Shown here piece by piece: positions 40,610 to 51,521 of a stretch of 64,000 nucleotides of DNA. Position numbers and translations under genes: made by a program. Position 1 is the first letter of the stretch; every line of letters starts with the position of its first letter. This DNA comes from an uncultured Clostridiaceae bacterium. GTDB lineage: Bacteria > Bacillota > Clostridia > TANB77 > CAG-465. The notes beneath the pieces are model-generated. The model saw nothing but the letters and a program-made list of their open reading frames with translations, was not told the origin of the DNA and made no database searches. The stretch covers positions 4,182-68,181 of the forward strand of contig CAZZFS010000004.1 in the NCBI GenBank assembly GCA_964653805.1, read 5' to 3'.

Positions 40610-42193
40610 TTATATAATTTCTTTTTCAGAATCTGGAACTTCTAATTTATGAAGTATTTCATCAATAAAAGATAAACTTTCTTTTGGTTTTTCTAAGAAA
40701 TAACCTTGAACATAATTAACACCTAATTTTCTTACCATATTCAATGTATTTATATCCTCAATACCAACAACAATAACATGACTATTTCTTGATAAGCTAT
40801 ATGTTATTAACTCAGATAAAAAGTTTTGTTTATTTTCATCTTCAACTATATTTTGAATAAGTGAAATATCTGGCACTATATAATCAACATTTAACATAGC
40901 TATATCATCTATTGTAAGTGTCCCTATACCAAAATTATCTAAAGCTACAAAACCATTATTTTTATGAATATTATCAATTACTTCTTTCATAATTGACATA
41001 TCCTTTTTCTCATAATTATGAAATTCTATAACAATTTTATTTTTTGCCATCATATCATATATTCTTGGTTTATTTATATAATTGTTATAACTTACAAAAT
41101 CAGAATTTACAAATAAAGTTCTAGATGTTTTTGTTTTATTTTTTTCAAAAGCTTCTATACTATTTACAAGTAAAATTTGTTGAACTTTATCGTATTTATC
41201 CATAGTTTTAGCATAATTTAAGAAATCAACTATACTTATTTTTTTTGTTGTTTCAAGTCTTGTAAATACTTCATGTCCAAAAATTTCTTTTTTTTCTAAA
41301 TCAATAATTGGTTGATATACAATATTAATTTTATTTCTACTTACAACAGAACTTATTAAATTATCTAATTCAGATTTTGATAATGTTCCAGAATTATTAT
41401 CACTATCTTCACTTTCACTATTTTCATTATATGCAAAATATGAATTAATAAATTCTAAATATTTATTTTTTGTTACTTTATACTTATTATATACTTCTAA
41501 ACTTTTTGCTCTTGCATCTGAATCTTTAACATCAATAAGTAAATAAAATAATTCTTTACTATTATTTAATTCATTTACTAAAAATCTCATATTATCATAT
41601 GTTATTTCACCTTCATTTAAAAATTTATCATGATATTTAATAAGAGTTAAAATTATTTTCATCTCATCAGCTGAAAATTCAAATCTTTTTAAAATTTCTT
41701 CTGCTAATTCAACTGATTTATCATCATGCCCCGCAAAACTTTCAGAACCATCTGAAGATATAACTTTAACATATGGTTTACCTATATCATGTAATAACAT
41801 AGTCCATTTTAAAATTTTCTTTTCCCAATCTCCAATTGGTATTTGAGGATTACCTACTGCTTCTACAGTAGCTAAAATATGTTTAAAAACACCAAATTTA
41901 TGATACGAAGAACTTTGTTGACAATTAATAACATTTTCATCATAACTATTTTTTACATAAAACTCAGGAAAATGAGCTTCAAAAATAGGATCTTGACTAA
42001 TTCTTGTAATTATAAAAGCAACATTTTCATCTTCTAACATATTAGTATATATTTCTTTTAATTCATCCGGATTATTTCTATACAATTTTAATTTTGTAAT
42101 AATATTTTTTATTCTAGCCGTTTCTTTAATATCCATTAAGTCCATTTCGATATTATCAGCATCAATCTCAAAAACTTCATCTATTTCTTTCAT
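40610..42193 (-). CDS. HD-domain plus EAL-domain protein (putative c-di-GMP-related; EAL motifs partly degenerate)
   Basis: N-terminal HD (H..HD at LLHDIGKP). C-terminal EAL fold with YQPIIDL, EVF in place of EAL, and ALDNFGIG in place of DDFGTG. Confidence 0.6.
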   Translation of the reverse strand: MKEIDEVFEIDADNIEMDLMDIKETARIKNIITKLKLYRNNPDELKEIYTNMLEDENVAFIITRISQDPIFEAHFPEFYVKNSYDENVINCQQSSSYHKFGVFKHILATVEAVGNPQIPIGDWEKKILKWTMLLHDIGKPYVKVISSDGSESFAGHDDKSVELAEEILKRFEFSADEMKIILTLIKYHDKFLNEGEITYDNMRFLVNELNNSKELFYLLIDVKDSDARAKSLEVYNKYKVTKNKYLEFINSYFAYNENSESEDSDNNSGTLSKSELDNLISSVVSRNKINIVYQPIIDLEKKEIFGHEVFTRLETTKKISIVDFLNYAKTMDKYDKVQQILLVNSIEAFEKNKTKTSRTLFVNSDFVSYNNYINKPRIYDMMAKNKIVIEFHNYEKKDMSIMKEVIDNIHKNNGFVALDNFGIGTLTIDDIAMLNVDYIVPDISLIQNIVEDENKQNFLSELITYSLSRNSHVIVVGIEDINTLNMVRKLGVNYVQGYFLEKPKESLSFIDEILHKLEVPDSEKEII

Positions 42194-42509
42194 AATAACA
42201 CCTCTTCATTTTTTTATAATTCAATTAAAAAATATATACATTAATATAATGCACACAATTTAATATATTATACTAATATATTACTATACTTAGCATAATT
42301 TTGCAAGTACTTAACTTTAAGTTTTGCTTTTTAATACCAATATAATATTAAAATAATTTTATATTTTTTTATATTATAACTATAAATTTTTCAAGTAATA
42401 TTCAATTAATATTTATTAATCTGACTATATTTTTAAAAGATTTATCTTGTTTAAATATATAATTATATCAAATATTATATTATTATTTGAACTTTTTTAC
42501 GCTTATTAG

Positions 42510-42538
42510 TTGACTTTTTTAGTTTTTAAATGTATAAT
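42510..42538 (+). promoter_or_regulatory. TTGACT-17-TATAAT promoter upstream of rplM-rpsI
   Basis: Near-consensus hexamers about 85 nt upstream of the rplM ATG. Confidence 0.5.
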
Positions 42539-42621
42539 ATATAGGTATTACATGGTTGGTCGGCTTAATCCCGGAAGAGTTTGACAAACTAATTTTTTAT
42601 ATTTTAGGAGGAAAATTCATT

Positions 42622-43056
42622 ATGAATAATACTACACATAGCGTAAAAGCAAAAGAAATTGAAAGAAAATGGCATATTATAGATGCAGATTCAAAACCTC
42701 TTGGTAGAGTTGCTACAGAAGTAGCTAAATTATTAAAAGGAAAACACAAACCAACTTATTCAACACACTTAGATTGTGGTGACTATGTTATAGTTATAAA
42801 TACTGATAAAATAGTTTTAACTGGAAATAAATTAAATAAAAAAATTTATAGACATCATTCAGGATATATTGGTGGAATGAAAGAAACTGTTGCTAAAGAT
42901 TTCATGGAAAAAAAATCAGATAGAGCTTTAGAATTAGCAGTTAAAGGAATGTTACCTAAAAATACTTTAGGTAGAGAAATGTTTAAGAAATTAAAAGCAT
43001 ATAAAGGTAGCGAGCATAATAACGAAGCTCAAAAACCTGAATTATGGAATTTTTAG
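42622..43056 (+). CDS. rplM: 50S ribosomal protein L13
   Basis: Start MNNTTH with a GGAGG RBS. The track's ORF is extended in-frame upstream. Confidence 0.9.
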   Translation: MNNTTHSVKAKEIERKWHIIDADSKPLGRVATEVAKLLKGKHKPTYSTHLDCGDYVIVINTDKIVLTGNKLNKKIYRHHSGYIGGMKETVAKDFMEKKSDRALELAVKGMLPKNTLGREMFKKLKAYKGSEHNNEAQKPELWNF

Positions 43057-43070
43057 GAGGTAATTAGAAA

Positions 43071-43466
43071 ATGGCACAAAAAGAATACATATATGCAACA
43101 GGTAAAAGAAAATCATCTATTGCTAGAGTTAATATAATACCTGGAACAGGTAAAATAACTATAAACAAAAAAGATATGAATGAAGTTTACAACTTAGATA
43201 CTTTAAAAGCTATCGTTTTAAAACCTTTTAAAGTTGCACAAATGATGGAAAAATACGATGTAGTTGCTACTACTCGTGGTGGTGGATTTGCTGGTCAAGC
43301 TGGTGCATTATCTCATGGAATAGCAAAAGCTTTAGCTTCTACAGATCCTGAAATTCGTTCTGTATTAAAAAGAAACGGATTATTAACTAGAGATTCTAGA
43401 GTTAAAGAAAGAAGAAAATATGGATTGAAAAAAGCTAGAAAAGCTCCTCAATTCTCGAAAAGATAA
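43071..43466 (+). CDS. rpsI: 30S ribosomal protein S9
   Basis: C-terminal RKAPQFSKR motif, 131 aa. Confidence 0.95.
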   Translation: MAQKEYIYATGKRKSSIARVNIIPGTGKITINKKDMNEVYNLDTLKAIVLKPFKVAQMMEKYDVVATTRGGGFAGQAGALSHGIAKALASTDPEIRSVLKRNGLLTRDSRVKERRKYGLKKARKAPQFSKR

Positions 43467-43532
43467 TCAAGAATATACAAAAACACCAAACTATTATGTT
43501 TGGTGTTTTCTTTGTTTTGATGGTTGGAATTA

Positions 43533-43976
43533 TTAATTATTCCTTTTTTCTCTTGCAGATGATTCATCTAAAAAAATCTCAATGCCTATTTTTCCTATAG
43601 GCACGCTTTTTCCTTTATTTAAACAAATAACTAAATCTGTGAAACCATTAATATATTCATTTCGTACACCAACAACAGTTTTCTTAAAAACTCTATTACC
43701 TATTCGTTGGTATACAATTGAAGTAGGTTTTGGTAATTTATCTGCAACTTCTGCTGCTCTTGATTTACTATCAAAAATCAAACGTCCATAGTCTTTAACG
43801 TTATATCTTTGATATGTATCACCATATAAAACCAAATCAAAACCTTCTGCTTCTTCATCAATATCAATAATCTCAGCATATGTCTCAAAAGCCTGCATCC
43901 CACAAGAACTCCCCCAACAATCAACTACATATAATTCTTGACCTTTTTTGAAAATCCGTTTTTCTTTACTTAACAT
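43533..43976 (-). CDS. hypothetical protein
   Basis: ORF only. Confidence 0.4.
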   Translation of the reverse strand: MLSKEKRIFKKGQELYVVDCWGSSCGMQAFETYAEIIDIDEEAEGFDLVLYGDTYQRYNVKDYGRLIFDSKSRAAEVADKLPKPTSIVYQRIGNRVFKKTVVGVRNEYINGFTDLVICLNKGKSVPIGKIGIEIFLDESSAREKRNN

Positions 43977-44111
43977 AAAAAAACCTCCTATAATAATATT
44001 TATGTATTATTATAGCATTATATTATAATTATGTCAAATAAAAAACTATTTTATAATATCTCTTTATTCATTCAATTGAAAAAATTAATTCTACATTGAA
44101 GAGAATATATA

Positions 44112-44243
44112 AAACTCTCTACGTAATATGCACATAATATGCAAAAATCAATACAACTACTGCAAACACTGTATTTGTAACTAGCGAAAAGATAATCAAA
44201 AAGATGTTCAAAAGCTCCAACCTCAATGATTTGGAGCTTTTTT
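44112..44243. repeat. ~130-bp intergenic repeat copy A, containing the terminator hairpin agctccaacctcaatgatttggagct plus T-run
   Basis: About 96% identical to 44950-45081 (5 mismatches over about 130 bp). Contains two direct aatatgca motifs. Confidence 0.8.
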
Positions 44244-44376
44244 CTATATGATAGTTAGCTTTTTTATTATTCCAATTTTATTTAGGCAACATTCAATTTT
44301 TCATTTTTATAATTTTATATTAAAACCACGTAATCAACAGGTAGTTGACAAATTATATAACAGTATCTACTTCATT

Positions 44377-44892
44377 TTAATCACAAAAAACTTCTTTCCA
44401 ATCATTAAATATTTTATTACATACTATATATAATTCAATCATTTTATCTTCTACTTTAACATAATATGTTGTTCCTCTAAACGTGAAATTAGAATAATCC
44501 ATATTGGCGTAATCAAATCCTAAATTTTTAACTTTACCTTTTTCAAATTGTTTTTTCTTATTAAAGTGTTTGCTCCTATTACATAAAGATTTTATTGTAT
44601 CAAATTCTTTATTTATATTTGGATTAAGTTTTATTTTATCGTTTTCTATTTTAACAAAACCAAATATTGTTTTGCATTTTGCTTTTTTCACATTATCAAA
44701 ATCATTATCTGCAATAACCCACTCCAATAAATGATTTGCTGTAAATATAAAATTCATATAATTATATGCATTGGGATTTTCATCAGTCAACAACATAAAA
44801 TCATGTTCCAGTTTTTTGTACAAGTCATTTGCATCTACCATATCAAAAAAAGGCATATTATCTTGATTAATATCTTTCATAAACACCACCAT
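44377..44892 (-). CDS. hypothetical protein
   Basis: ORF flanked on both sides by the 130-bp repeats. Confidence 0.45.
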   Translation of the reverse strand: MVVFMKDINQDNMPFFDMVDANDLYKKLEHDFMLLTDENPNAYNYMNFIFTANHLLEWVIADNDFDNVKKAKCKTIFGFVKIENDKIKLNPNINKEFDTIKSLCNRSKHFNKKKQFEKGKVKNLGFDYANMDYSNFTFRGTTYYVKVEDKMIELYIVCNKIFNDWKEVFCD

Positions 44893-44949
44893 AAATATTA
44901 TATCATATTAACAAATTTTAATAAAGTAAAGTTATATAAAATACTCCCA

Positions 44950-45081
44950 AACTCTCTACGTAATATGCATATAATATGCAAAAATCTATACAACTACTGC
45001 AAATACTGCATTTGTAACTAGCGAAAAGATAATCAAAAAGATGTTCAAAAGCTCCAACCTCAATGGTTTGGAGCTTTTTTA
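44950..45081. repeat. ~130-bp intergenic repeat copy B with terminator hairpin
   Basis: See copy A. The hairpin sits about 20 bp past the stop of the AAA ATPase gene. Confidence 0.8.
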
Positions 45082-45095
45082 TTTTAATAACTGGA

Positions 45096-46313
45096 CTATA
45101 TATTTTCCTTTTCAAGTAAAAAATCTAACGCATTTACTTGTTTTATTCCATTATGATATATTATAGGATTAAAATCCATAGTTATAAGAATTTTAGGAAA
45201 ATGATCTTTTATACTTTCAAATGGTCTTAATTCTCTTTTTAAAGTGTTTTCATCTTGAACTGTTAAAGCTACTTGTATATATTTAAGTCCATCTTTATTT
45301 GAAACCACAAAATCAATTTCTTCTGTATTACTTTTACCTATGTATATTTCATATCCTCTTCTTTTTAATTCTAAAAATATTATATTTTCTAATATATGTC
45401 CCATATCAGTATTAGTTTTACTTCCAAGTAAATAGTTTCTAAGACCTATATCAGATAAATAGTATTTTTCTAGAGTTTTTAAATATTGTTTTCCTTTTAT
45501 ATCATACCTATTTACTCTATATAAAATATAGCTTTCTGTAAGTGTAGAAATATAACTTTCAATTGTATTTATTGAATTTTTTCTTCCCATAGAAATTAAA
45601 CTATCACTTATTTTTTTAGTCGAAACTATACATCCAACATTGTCAAATAAAAATCTTACTACACTATCCAATATCATTACATCATTTATACGTTTTCTGT
45701 TAATTATATCTTTCATTAAAACAGTCATATAAATACTATCTAGATAATTATATATTAATTCTTTATCATCATTTAAATTAATTATATATGGAAATCCTCC
45801 ATTTTCTAAATACTTACTATATTTTATCAACAAATCACTATCACCATAATATGATATGTATTCTTTAAAAGATAATGGTAGAATATGAATTTCCATATAT
45901 CTTCCTGTTAAATAAGTAGCAAGTTCACCAGATAGCATATATGAATTAGAACCAGTTATATATATATCTACATTCTCTCTTAAAAATAAACTATTTACAC
46001 ATTTTTCAAATTCATCTACCATTTGTATTTCATCTAAAAATATATAATTCATTTTTTGTTTATCTAATTTACTAACAATAAATTCATGAAGTATATCAGA
46101 ATTTAATAAATGTTTATTACTATTATCCTCAAAGTTGATTGATATAATTTGATCTTCGTTTACATTTGTATTAATTAAATATGATTTATATATTTTCAAT
46201 ATAGTAGATTTTCCACAACGTCTTATTCCTGTTATTACTTTTATTATTTGTTTATCTTTTAATTTTTTTAATTTTTCTAAATATATACTTCTTTCTATCA
46301 TAAAATCACCCAT
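45096..46313 (-). CDS. AAA+ ATPase of the DUF4143/COG1373 family
   Basis: Walker A GIRRCGKST and a DUF4143-like C-terminal region, 405 aa. The start may be the internal MIERS. Confidence 0.65.
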   Translation of the reverse strand: MGDFMIERSIYLEKLKKLKDKQIIKVITGIRRCGKSTILKIYKSYLINTNVNEDQIISINFEDNSNKHLLNSDILHEFIVSKLDKQKMNYIFLDEIQMVDEFEKCVNSLFLRENVDIYITGSNSYMLSGELATYLTGRYMEIHILPLSFKEYISYYGDSDLLIKYSKYLENGGFPYIINLNDDKELIYNYLDSIYMTVLMKDIINRKRINDVMILDSVVRFLFDNVGCIVSTKKISDSLISMGRKNSINTIESYISTLTESYILYRVNRYDIKGKQYLKTLEKYYLSDIGLRNYLLGSKTNTDMGHILENIIFLELKRRGYEIYIGKSNTEEIDFVVSNKDGLKYIQVALTVQDENTLKRELRPFESIKDHFPKILITMDFNPIIYHNGIKQVNALDFLLEKENI

Positions 46314-46683
46314 ATATATTATACACCATTAAGTTTAAAAAGTAAAGTTTTTTCGCTCTAATGAAAAAACTTTACTTAAAACGATGTTTTTTTCATATGA
46401 TATTATATTTTATATTTTAGTTAAATTACCTTAGATTTTATAAAGCTCACCATGCATTTTTTCAACTTTTTTCACTAATTTTTTTTGACTGTTATATAAA
46501 AAGATAATTATTAATAAACATTAGAACATCAGATTTTTATGTTAAGATATTGCTTTTGAAACTTTATTATGCTATAATATTTAAATTATTTGATTAAAAA
46601 GTCTAAAGTAATTATAGAGGACAACTACCCTATATTATTTTAGATTTTTTTGTCTAAAATTTATTCTAGGAGGATATAAAAAA

Positions 46684-47049
46684 ATGGATAGTATTTATGT
46701 ACTTGGCATTAGTGTACTTTATGTTATTAAGGATATTGTGTTGGTTTTCGCGTGTATTATGCTTACTCTTTGTTTTTGTAGACTTCTATATATGTGTGTA
46801 ATAGAGATACCTTTACCAGAACGAATAATCGAAAAACGTATTACAAAAATAATATTTGTAATATGTTTGGTGCTAGTGTTTGTTATAGGCGTTTTTATAA
46901 ACATTTATATATTAGACATACAATTTACATTTTATGAAATCCCAAGATACTTTTATACATTTTTCGCTGCAATTTCGATAATAGATATAATAATTTTATG
47001 TTTATATCTAATGTTTTTATCTGTAAAAATGTTTTTAAATCTATTCTAG
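46684..47049 (+). CDS. small integral membrane protein
   Basis: AGGAGGA RBS, 3-4 predicted TM helices, and a terminator hairpin at 47070-47098. Confidence 0.5.
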   Translation: MDSIYVLGISVLYVIKDIVLVFACIMLTLCFCRLLYMCVIEIPLPERIIEKRITKIIFVICLVLVFVIGVFINIYILDIQFTFYEIPRYFYTFFAAISIIDIIILCLYLMFLSVKMFLNLF

Positions 47050-47117
47050 AAAAAATCAGAAAATAATTAAAACAGGTATGACTTTATACCTGTTTTAATT
47101 ATTTATTAAATTGTACT

Positions 47118-47789
47118 TTATCTAATTGACTTTCTATTATAATCAGTTACATCATTACCAATCTCTTCATATAATTCTTTTACTGTTATTTCTTTTCTTT
47201 TTAAAGCTAACAATTCTTCATTTGTAACACCAACAAACTCTATAAAATTAACCAATCCATTTGGTGTATTAATTGATTTTAGATTCGTATCAGGAATTAT
47301 AATAAAACCTGTTATATTTGATTGTCTTTTTGTGTCTATACCATTAGTTTGACCTGTATATAAATATTCATATTCACTAAATAATTCATCTTGTGTAAAA
47401 GTGATTTTTGCAATTTGCTGTAATATTCCACATATACCCTTTATTTCTGCTTCTTCATTCTCATAATTATCTTTTTTTAATTTAAACGTAAATTCCATTC
47501 CATAACCACTAATATTTTTATTGTCTGTTTCGTTTTTATATAATTCAGATAATCCGTAAGTAACAAAATGCCAATACTCTCCTCCATCATATACACTTAT
47601 ACCATCAAGTGGATCATTACCACCTAAATCCCATTTTATTAATGTTCCATAATGTTTAGGATTAGTTTGTTTTGCATAAACTCTTTCACACTCTTGTGTA
47701 ATTGCGTCCCAACCTAATAATTTTATTTCTTCAGTTTCATTTATTTCCTCATTAGTATCTTTGTTTTTATCAAATATTTCCATAATCAC
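47118..47789 (-). CDS. SUFU-like (suppressor-of-fused family) protein, immunity-protein type
   Basis: GWDAI...HYGT...WDLGG...DGISVY...YWHFVTYGLSEL pattern typical of bacterial SUFU domains. Confidence 0.6.
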   Translation of the reverse strand: MIMEIFDKNKDTNEEINETEEIKLLGWDAITQECERVYAKQTNPKHYGTLIKWDLGGNDPLDGISVYDGGEYWHFVTYGLSELYKNETDNKNISGYGMEFTFKLKKDNYENEEAEIKGICGILQQIAKITFTQDELFSEYEYLYTGQTNGIDTKRQSNITGFIIIPDTNLKSINTPNGLVNFIEFVGVTNEELLALKRKEITVKELYEEIGNDVTDYNRKSIR

Positions 47790-47834
47790 ATCTCACTTTC
47801 AAATTATTATTTACTATTGTAGTATATCTTAATT

Positions 47835-48599
47835 TTAGGAACAATCCCAATCCACTATTGCATTTTCAAAATTACAATTTTCAATATCTTCTTGCGAAAT
47901 CAAAGTAAATAATATACCAGAATCCCCAATTTGAAATTTATCATAGTTATCCCAAGAATCTAATTTAAATAAACATTCATCTCTATTTTCTTTCATATCA
48001 TATCTAGGATCTTCTTGCGTAAAATCAGGATAGCCACCTAATACAATAGAATCATTTTCATTAATATTATAAAGTTTCTCCGTCCAATCAAAATCACCAA
48101 AATACTTATATAAATCAATATGATTTTCTAATTGTATACCATATATTTCATTAACTATTGAAGAAAATATTTCAAAAAATCTATAATCATTTATACTCAT
48201 ATAACATCTTGTTTTTGTAAGATTTATTCCATATGGTTCCTTAATAATATAATTACTAGTATCAACTTCTGGTAAATCAACTTGATATTCAAGCCCTTCT
48301 TCAAAATATTTAATTGCATATTGGCAAGGATAATCAACTTTATAATCTGTAAATATTTCAATTATTCCCTTTTTAGGATAACCTTTTAAATCAATATTTT
48401 TCAAATTAACTTGTAATGTTAAGGCTAAATTATTTCCATCTTTATCTTTTGGATATTCTTCACCTATTGGCAAATAAGGTTTCCCACCAATTTTATCATC
48501 CAGTATAGCTGGATTTTTTTCTGCTAAATCAATCTTGTAACAATCCTTCCCAGTTCTTTCTTTAAATAGTTCAATTACTTTTTCAAATTTTTCTTCCAT
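47835..48599 (-). CDS. DUF1963/YwqG-family protein (immunity-protein type)
   Basis: IGGKPYLP, ILFTL and GDSG motifs of the YwqG family. Confidence 0.55.
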   Translation of the reverse strand: MEEKFEKVIELFKERTGKDCYKIDLAEKNPAILDDKIGGKPYLPIGEEYPKDKDGNNLALTLQVNLKNIDLKGYPKKGIIEIFTDYKVDYPCQYAIKYFEEGLEYQVDLPEVDTSNYIIKEPYGINLTKTRCYMSINDYRFFEIFSSIVNEIYGIQLENHIDLYKYFGDFDWTEKLYNINENDSIVLGGYPDFTQEDPRYDMKENRDECLFKLDSWDNYDKFQIGDSGILFTLISQEDIENCNFENAIVDWDCS

Positions 48600-48908
48600 T
48601 TTAGTTCATCTCCCCTTTAATCTAATATTAAAAACTTCCCCTATATATTCACCTATTATTTTGGCATTTTTTTTATTTTATTTAATTTCTATTAAACTAA
48701 ACACAAATAATGATTTTTATTTATTTCTATAACTTCTATTTTATTTCGTTTTAACACTAAATATTATTTTAATATTATACTAAAAAACCAAATTTTACAA
48801 GTATTTTTATTAAAAGTTAGTGATTAAATTCAAAAAAAGAAGCAAATTTAAAATTTACTTCTTTTAACTTCATTTTTTAATATATATCTTACCCTCTATA
48901 AATCGCCT

Positions 48909-49202
48909 CTATAATCTAGTATACTTAGGTATAGAAAAATCATAATCTGTTATAAGTTCTCCAGTAGGCAATGTTAATTGCAAATTATTTGTTATCAAAT
49001 CAGCATAACTGTATGACAGCTTGCTTTCTGTTTCACATTCTTTAAAAACAAACAAATTTGAATAAGCACTATCTATTGTACCTTTTTTTCTAACACTTTT
49101 ATTTCTACCTACATTAGCTATAACGCATATCTCTTGACCTACATAATTCTCAACTTCTTGCTTAATCTTAAGTAGTGTATTTTTTGAAACCATTTTTACC
49201 AC
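48909..49202 (-). CDS. veg: Veg family protein
   Basis: The SYSYADLIT motif matches B. subtilis Veg (SYSYADILT). About 86-97 aa. Confidence 0.75.
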   Translation of the reverse strand: MVKMVSKNTLLKIKQEVENYVGQEICVIANVGRNKSVRKKGTIDSAYSNLFVFKECETESKLSYSYADLITNNLQLTLPTGELITDYDFSIPKYTRL

Positions 49203-49388
49203 CTATAAGCCTCTCTATGCACTTTATTATAGCATTTTTATAAACTAAAGTCAAAACATTTTTTGACAAAAAAGCACCATTTTAAATTAATTATGTTAAT
49301 TTAAAATGGTGCTTCATTATCTAATACAGTCTTTATTTTCCAACCTTTTCAAATATGTTGTTTTTGTTACATTATTATTAAAGTTTTA

Positions 49389-50630
49389 TTACAAAGGTTT
49401 TTTTATATATTCAAGTGCTTTTTGTAATTGTGTATCTTTGTCTTTAGGTATAACTGTTTCATTTTTTACATCTTCAGGTAAATCCACTTTTATATTTGGT
49501 TCAATTCCATTTTTATGAATTTCTATTCCACTTGCAGTATAATATTTTGATGTTGTAATTGAAATAGCATCTCCAAATGATAATCTTTCTATTGTTTGAA
49601 CTATTCCTTTTCCGTAAGTTTTATTTCCTATTAAAATTCCTTTTTGTGAATCTTTAACTGCACTTGCAAGAATTTCAGATGCACTTGCACTACTTGAGTT
49701 AACAAGCACTACTAATGGTATATTTATTACAGATGTTCCTTCAGAATTATATACTTTAGTAGAACCATCTTTTTTTACTAATTTTAAAACTTCACCTTTT
49801 GGTAATAATAAACTTAATATATCTATTGTTTCATTAACTAATCCACCAGGATTATTTCTTAAATCTATAACAAGTCCTGATACATTTTTTGCTTTTAAAG
49901 CTTCATACTCTGCTTTAAATTGATCACAAATTCCATTTTCAAAAGACCATATTTTTATATAACCTATATTGTTTTCTAAAACTTCTGATTCTGTGTTATT
50001 AGTAACTATTTTTTTTCTCATTGCTTCTTTTGTAATTAATTCTTCGCCTCTTTTTACTTTTAAAGTAACTTTTGTTCCTGCGACACCTTTTAATTTTTCA
50101 ACCGCTTCTTTATAATTATCAATTGTTACAACCATATCGTCAACTTGTAAAATAACATCATTATTTTTCAATCCTGCTTCTAAAGCTGGCGAATTAGGCA
50201 TTAAACCTAAAATTAATATTCCATTTCTTTTAACATCATATGTTATATGAACTCCAATACCGTCATATTCTTCTTTTCCTTCAACAAGCATTTTATCATA
50301 TTCTTCTTTTGATACATATCTTGTATATGGATCTCCAGTTGCTTCAGCCATACCATCAATTGCACCTTCAACAACTTTTTCCATATCTACGTCATCTACA
50401 TATTCTGTTTGGATTTTAACCATAGCTTCTTTTATTCTATCAAGATATTGTTGTGTTTCTTTTGAGTTTTCAACAGCTGCTTTACTGCTTTTTTCCGTTA
50501 TTTTAGGCGAAATTATAATATACAATGATATTGCAACTATCCCTACCAATAATATTGTAATAGAAGCTGTAAGCGCATTACTAACTACTTTCCACTTATC
50601 TATTTTTTTATTTTCATCATTTTCATTCAT
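49389..50630 (-). CDS. ctpA: S41 family C-terminal processing protease with PDZ domain
   Basis: N-terminal TM helix, PDZ domain, and S41 catalytic region (GLVIDLRNNPGG...SASASE). Confidence 0.85.
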   Translation of the reverse strand: MNENDENKKIDKWKVVSNALTASITILLVGIVAISLYIIISPKITEKSSKAAVENSKETQQYLDRIKEAMVKIQTEYVDDVDMEKVVEGAIDGMAEATGDPYTRYVSKEEYDKMLVEGKEEYDGIGVHITYDVKRNGILILGLMPNSPALEAGLKNNDVILQVDDMVVTIDNYKEAVEKLKGVAGTKVTLKVKRGEELITKEAMRKKIVTNNTESEVLENNIGYIKIWSFENGICDQFKAEYEALKAKNVSGLVIDLRNNPGGLVNETIDILSLLLPKGEVLKLVKKDGSTKVYNSEGTSVINIPLVVLVNSSSASASEILASAVKDSQKGILIGNKTYGKGIVQTIERLSFGDAISITTSKYYTASGIEIHKNGIEPNIKVDLPEDVKNETVIPKDKDTQLQKALEYIKKPL

Positions 50631-50906
50631 TTTATCAAACCCCTTTTTATTATTATTTCTAATCTTTTAGTTTATTATATATCAAACTAAAAAATTAGTC
50701 AACATTATTTTTTAGTTTTAAATTTTTTATTGTTTTTTATTAATTTGTTTTATTTTATTATTAAGTTAATTTATATTTTATTAATAATTATAATACTAAT
50801 ATCTTAATTTAATAACAACATTTACAATTTCAGTTGACAATTTTCTTCACTTAAATTAAAATTATAATATAAGTTACGGTAATGTTAAAGAAGGTGGTTA
50901 ATTATA

Positions 50907-51521
50907 ATGAAAAATTATTACAAAATATTAGAAGTTAATGAAAATGCTTCCAAAGAAATTATAAACAAAATTTTTAAAATTCATATAAAAAAAAATCACC
51001 CTGACCTATTTAATGGTGAAGAAAAAATACTTATGGAAGAAAAAGTTAAAGAAATTAATGAAGCATACGAAATTTTATCAGATGAACAAAAAAGAAAAAA
51101 TTATGATGATGAATTAAAGCAAGAACAAAACAATATTATTAATGATAAAGCTTTAATCTTAATCGAAGAAAATAAATATTTAAAAGAATTGTTGCAAAAA
51201 AAAGAACAATTAATAAATGATTTTTTATCTAGCACTAATACCGAAATTAATGATTATGAAAACGATATTGAAAATTTCTTTAATAATGAAAATAATATTA
51301 ATGATAATTATGATGAAAACAATACTTTTTCAACTGAATATGAATATGAAAATAAAAATTATACATTTAAAGAAACTATTTTAAATTTTTTTAATGATAA
51401 TTCTATATTTCTAAAAAAAATTTTATTTAGTATTTTACTCATTATAGTTGGTTTTATATTTATTGAAAAATTAACTGGAATAAATTTATTAGGAGAATTA
51501 ATAAATGTTTTTTTAAATTAA
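50907..51521 (+). CDS. J-domain protein with C-terminal TM anchor
   Basis: YYKILEV...HPD J-domain motif, low-complexity N/D/E linker, C-terminal hydrophobic helix. Confidence 0.6.
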   Translation: MKNYYKILEVNENASKEIINKIFKIHIKKNHPDLFNGEEKILMEEKVKEINEAYEILSDEQKRKNYDDELKQEQNNIINDKALILIEENKYLKELLQKKEQLINDFLSSTNTEINDYENDIENFFNNENNINDNYDENNTFSTEYEYENKNYTFKETILNFFNDNSIFLKKILFSILLIIVGFIFIEKLTGINLLGELINVFLN

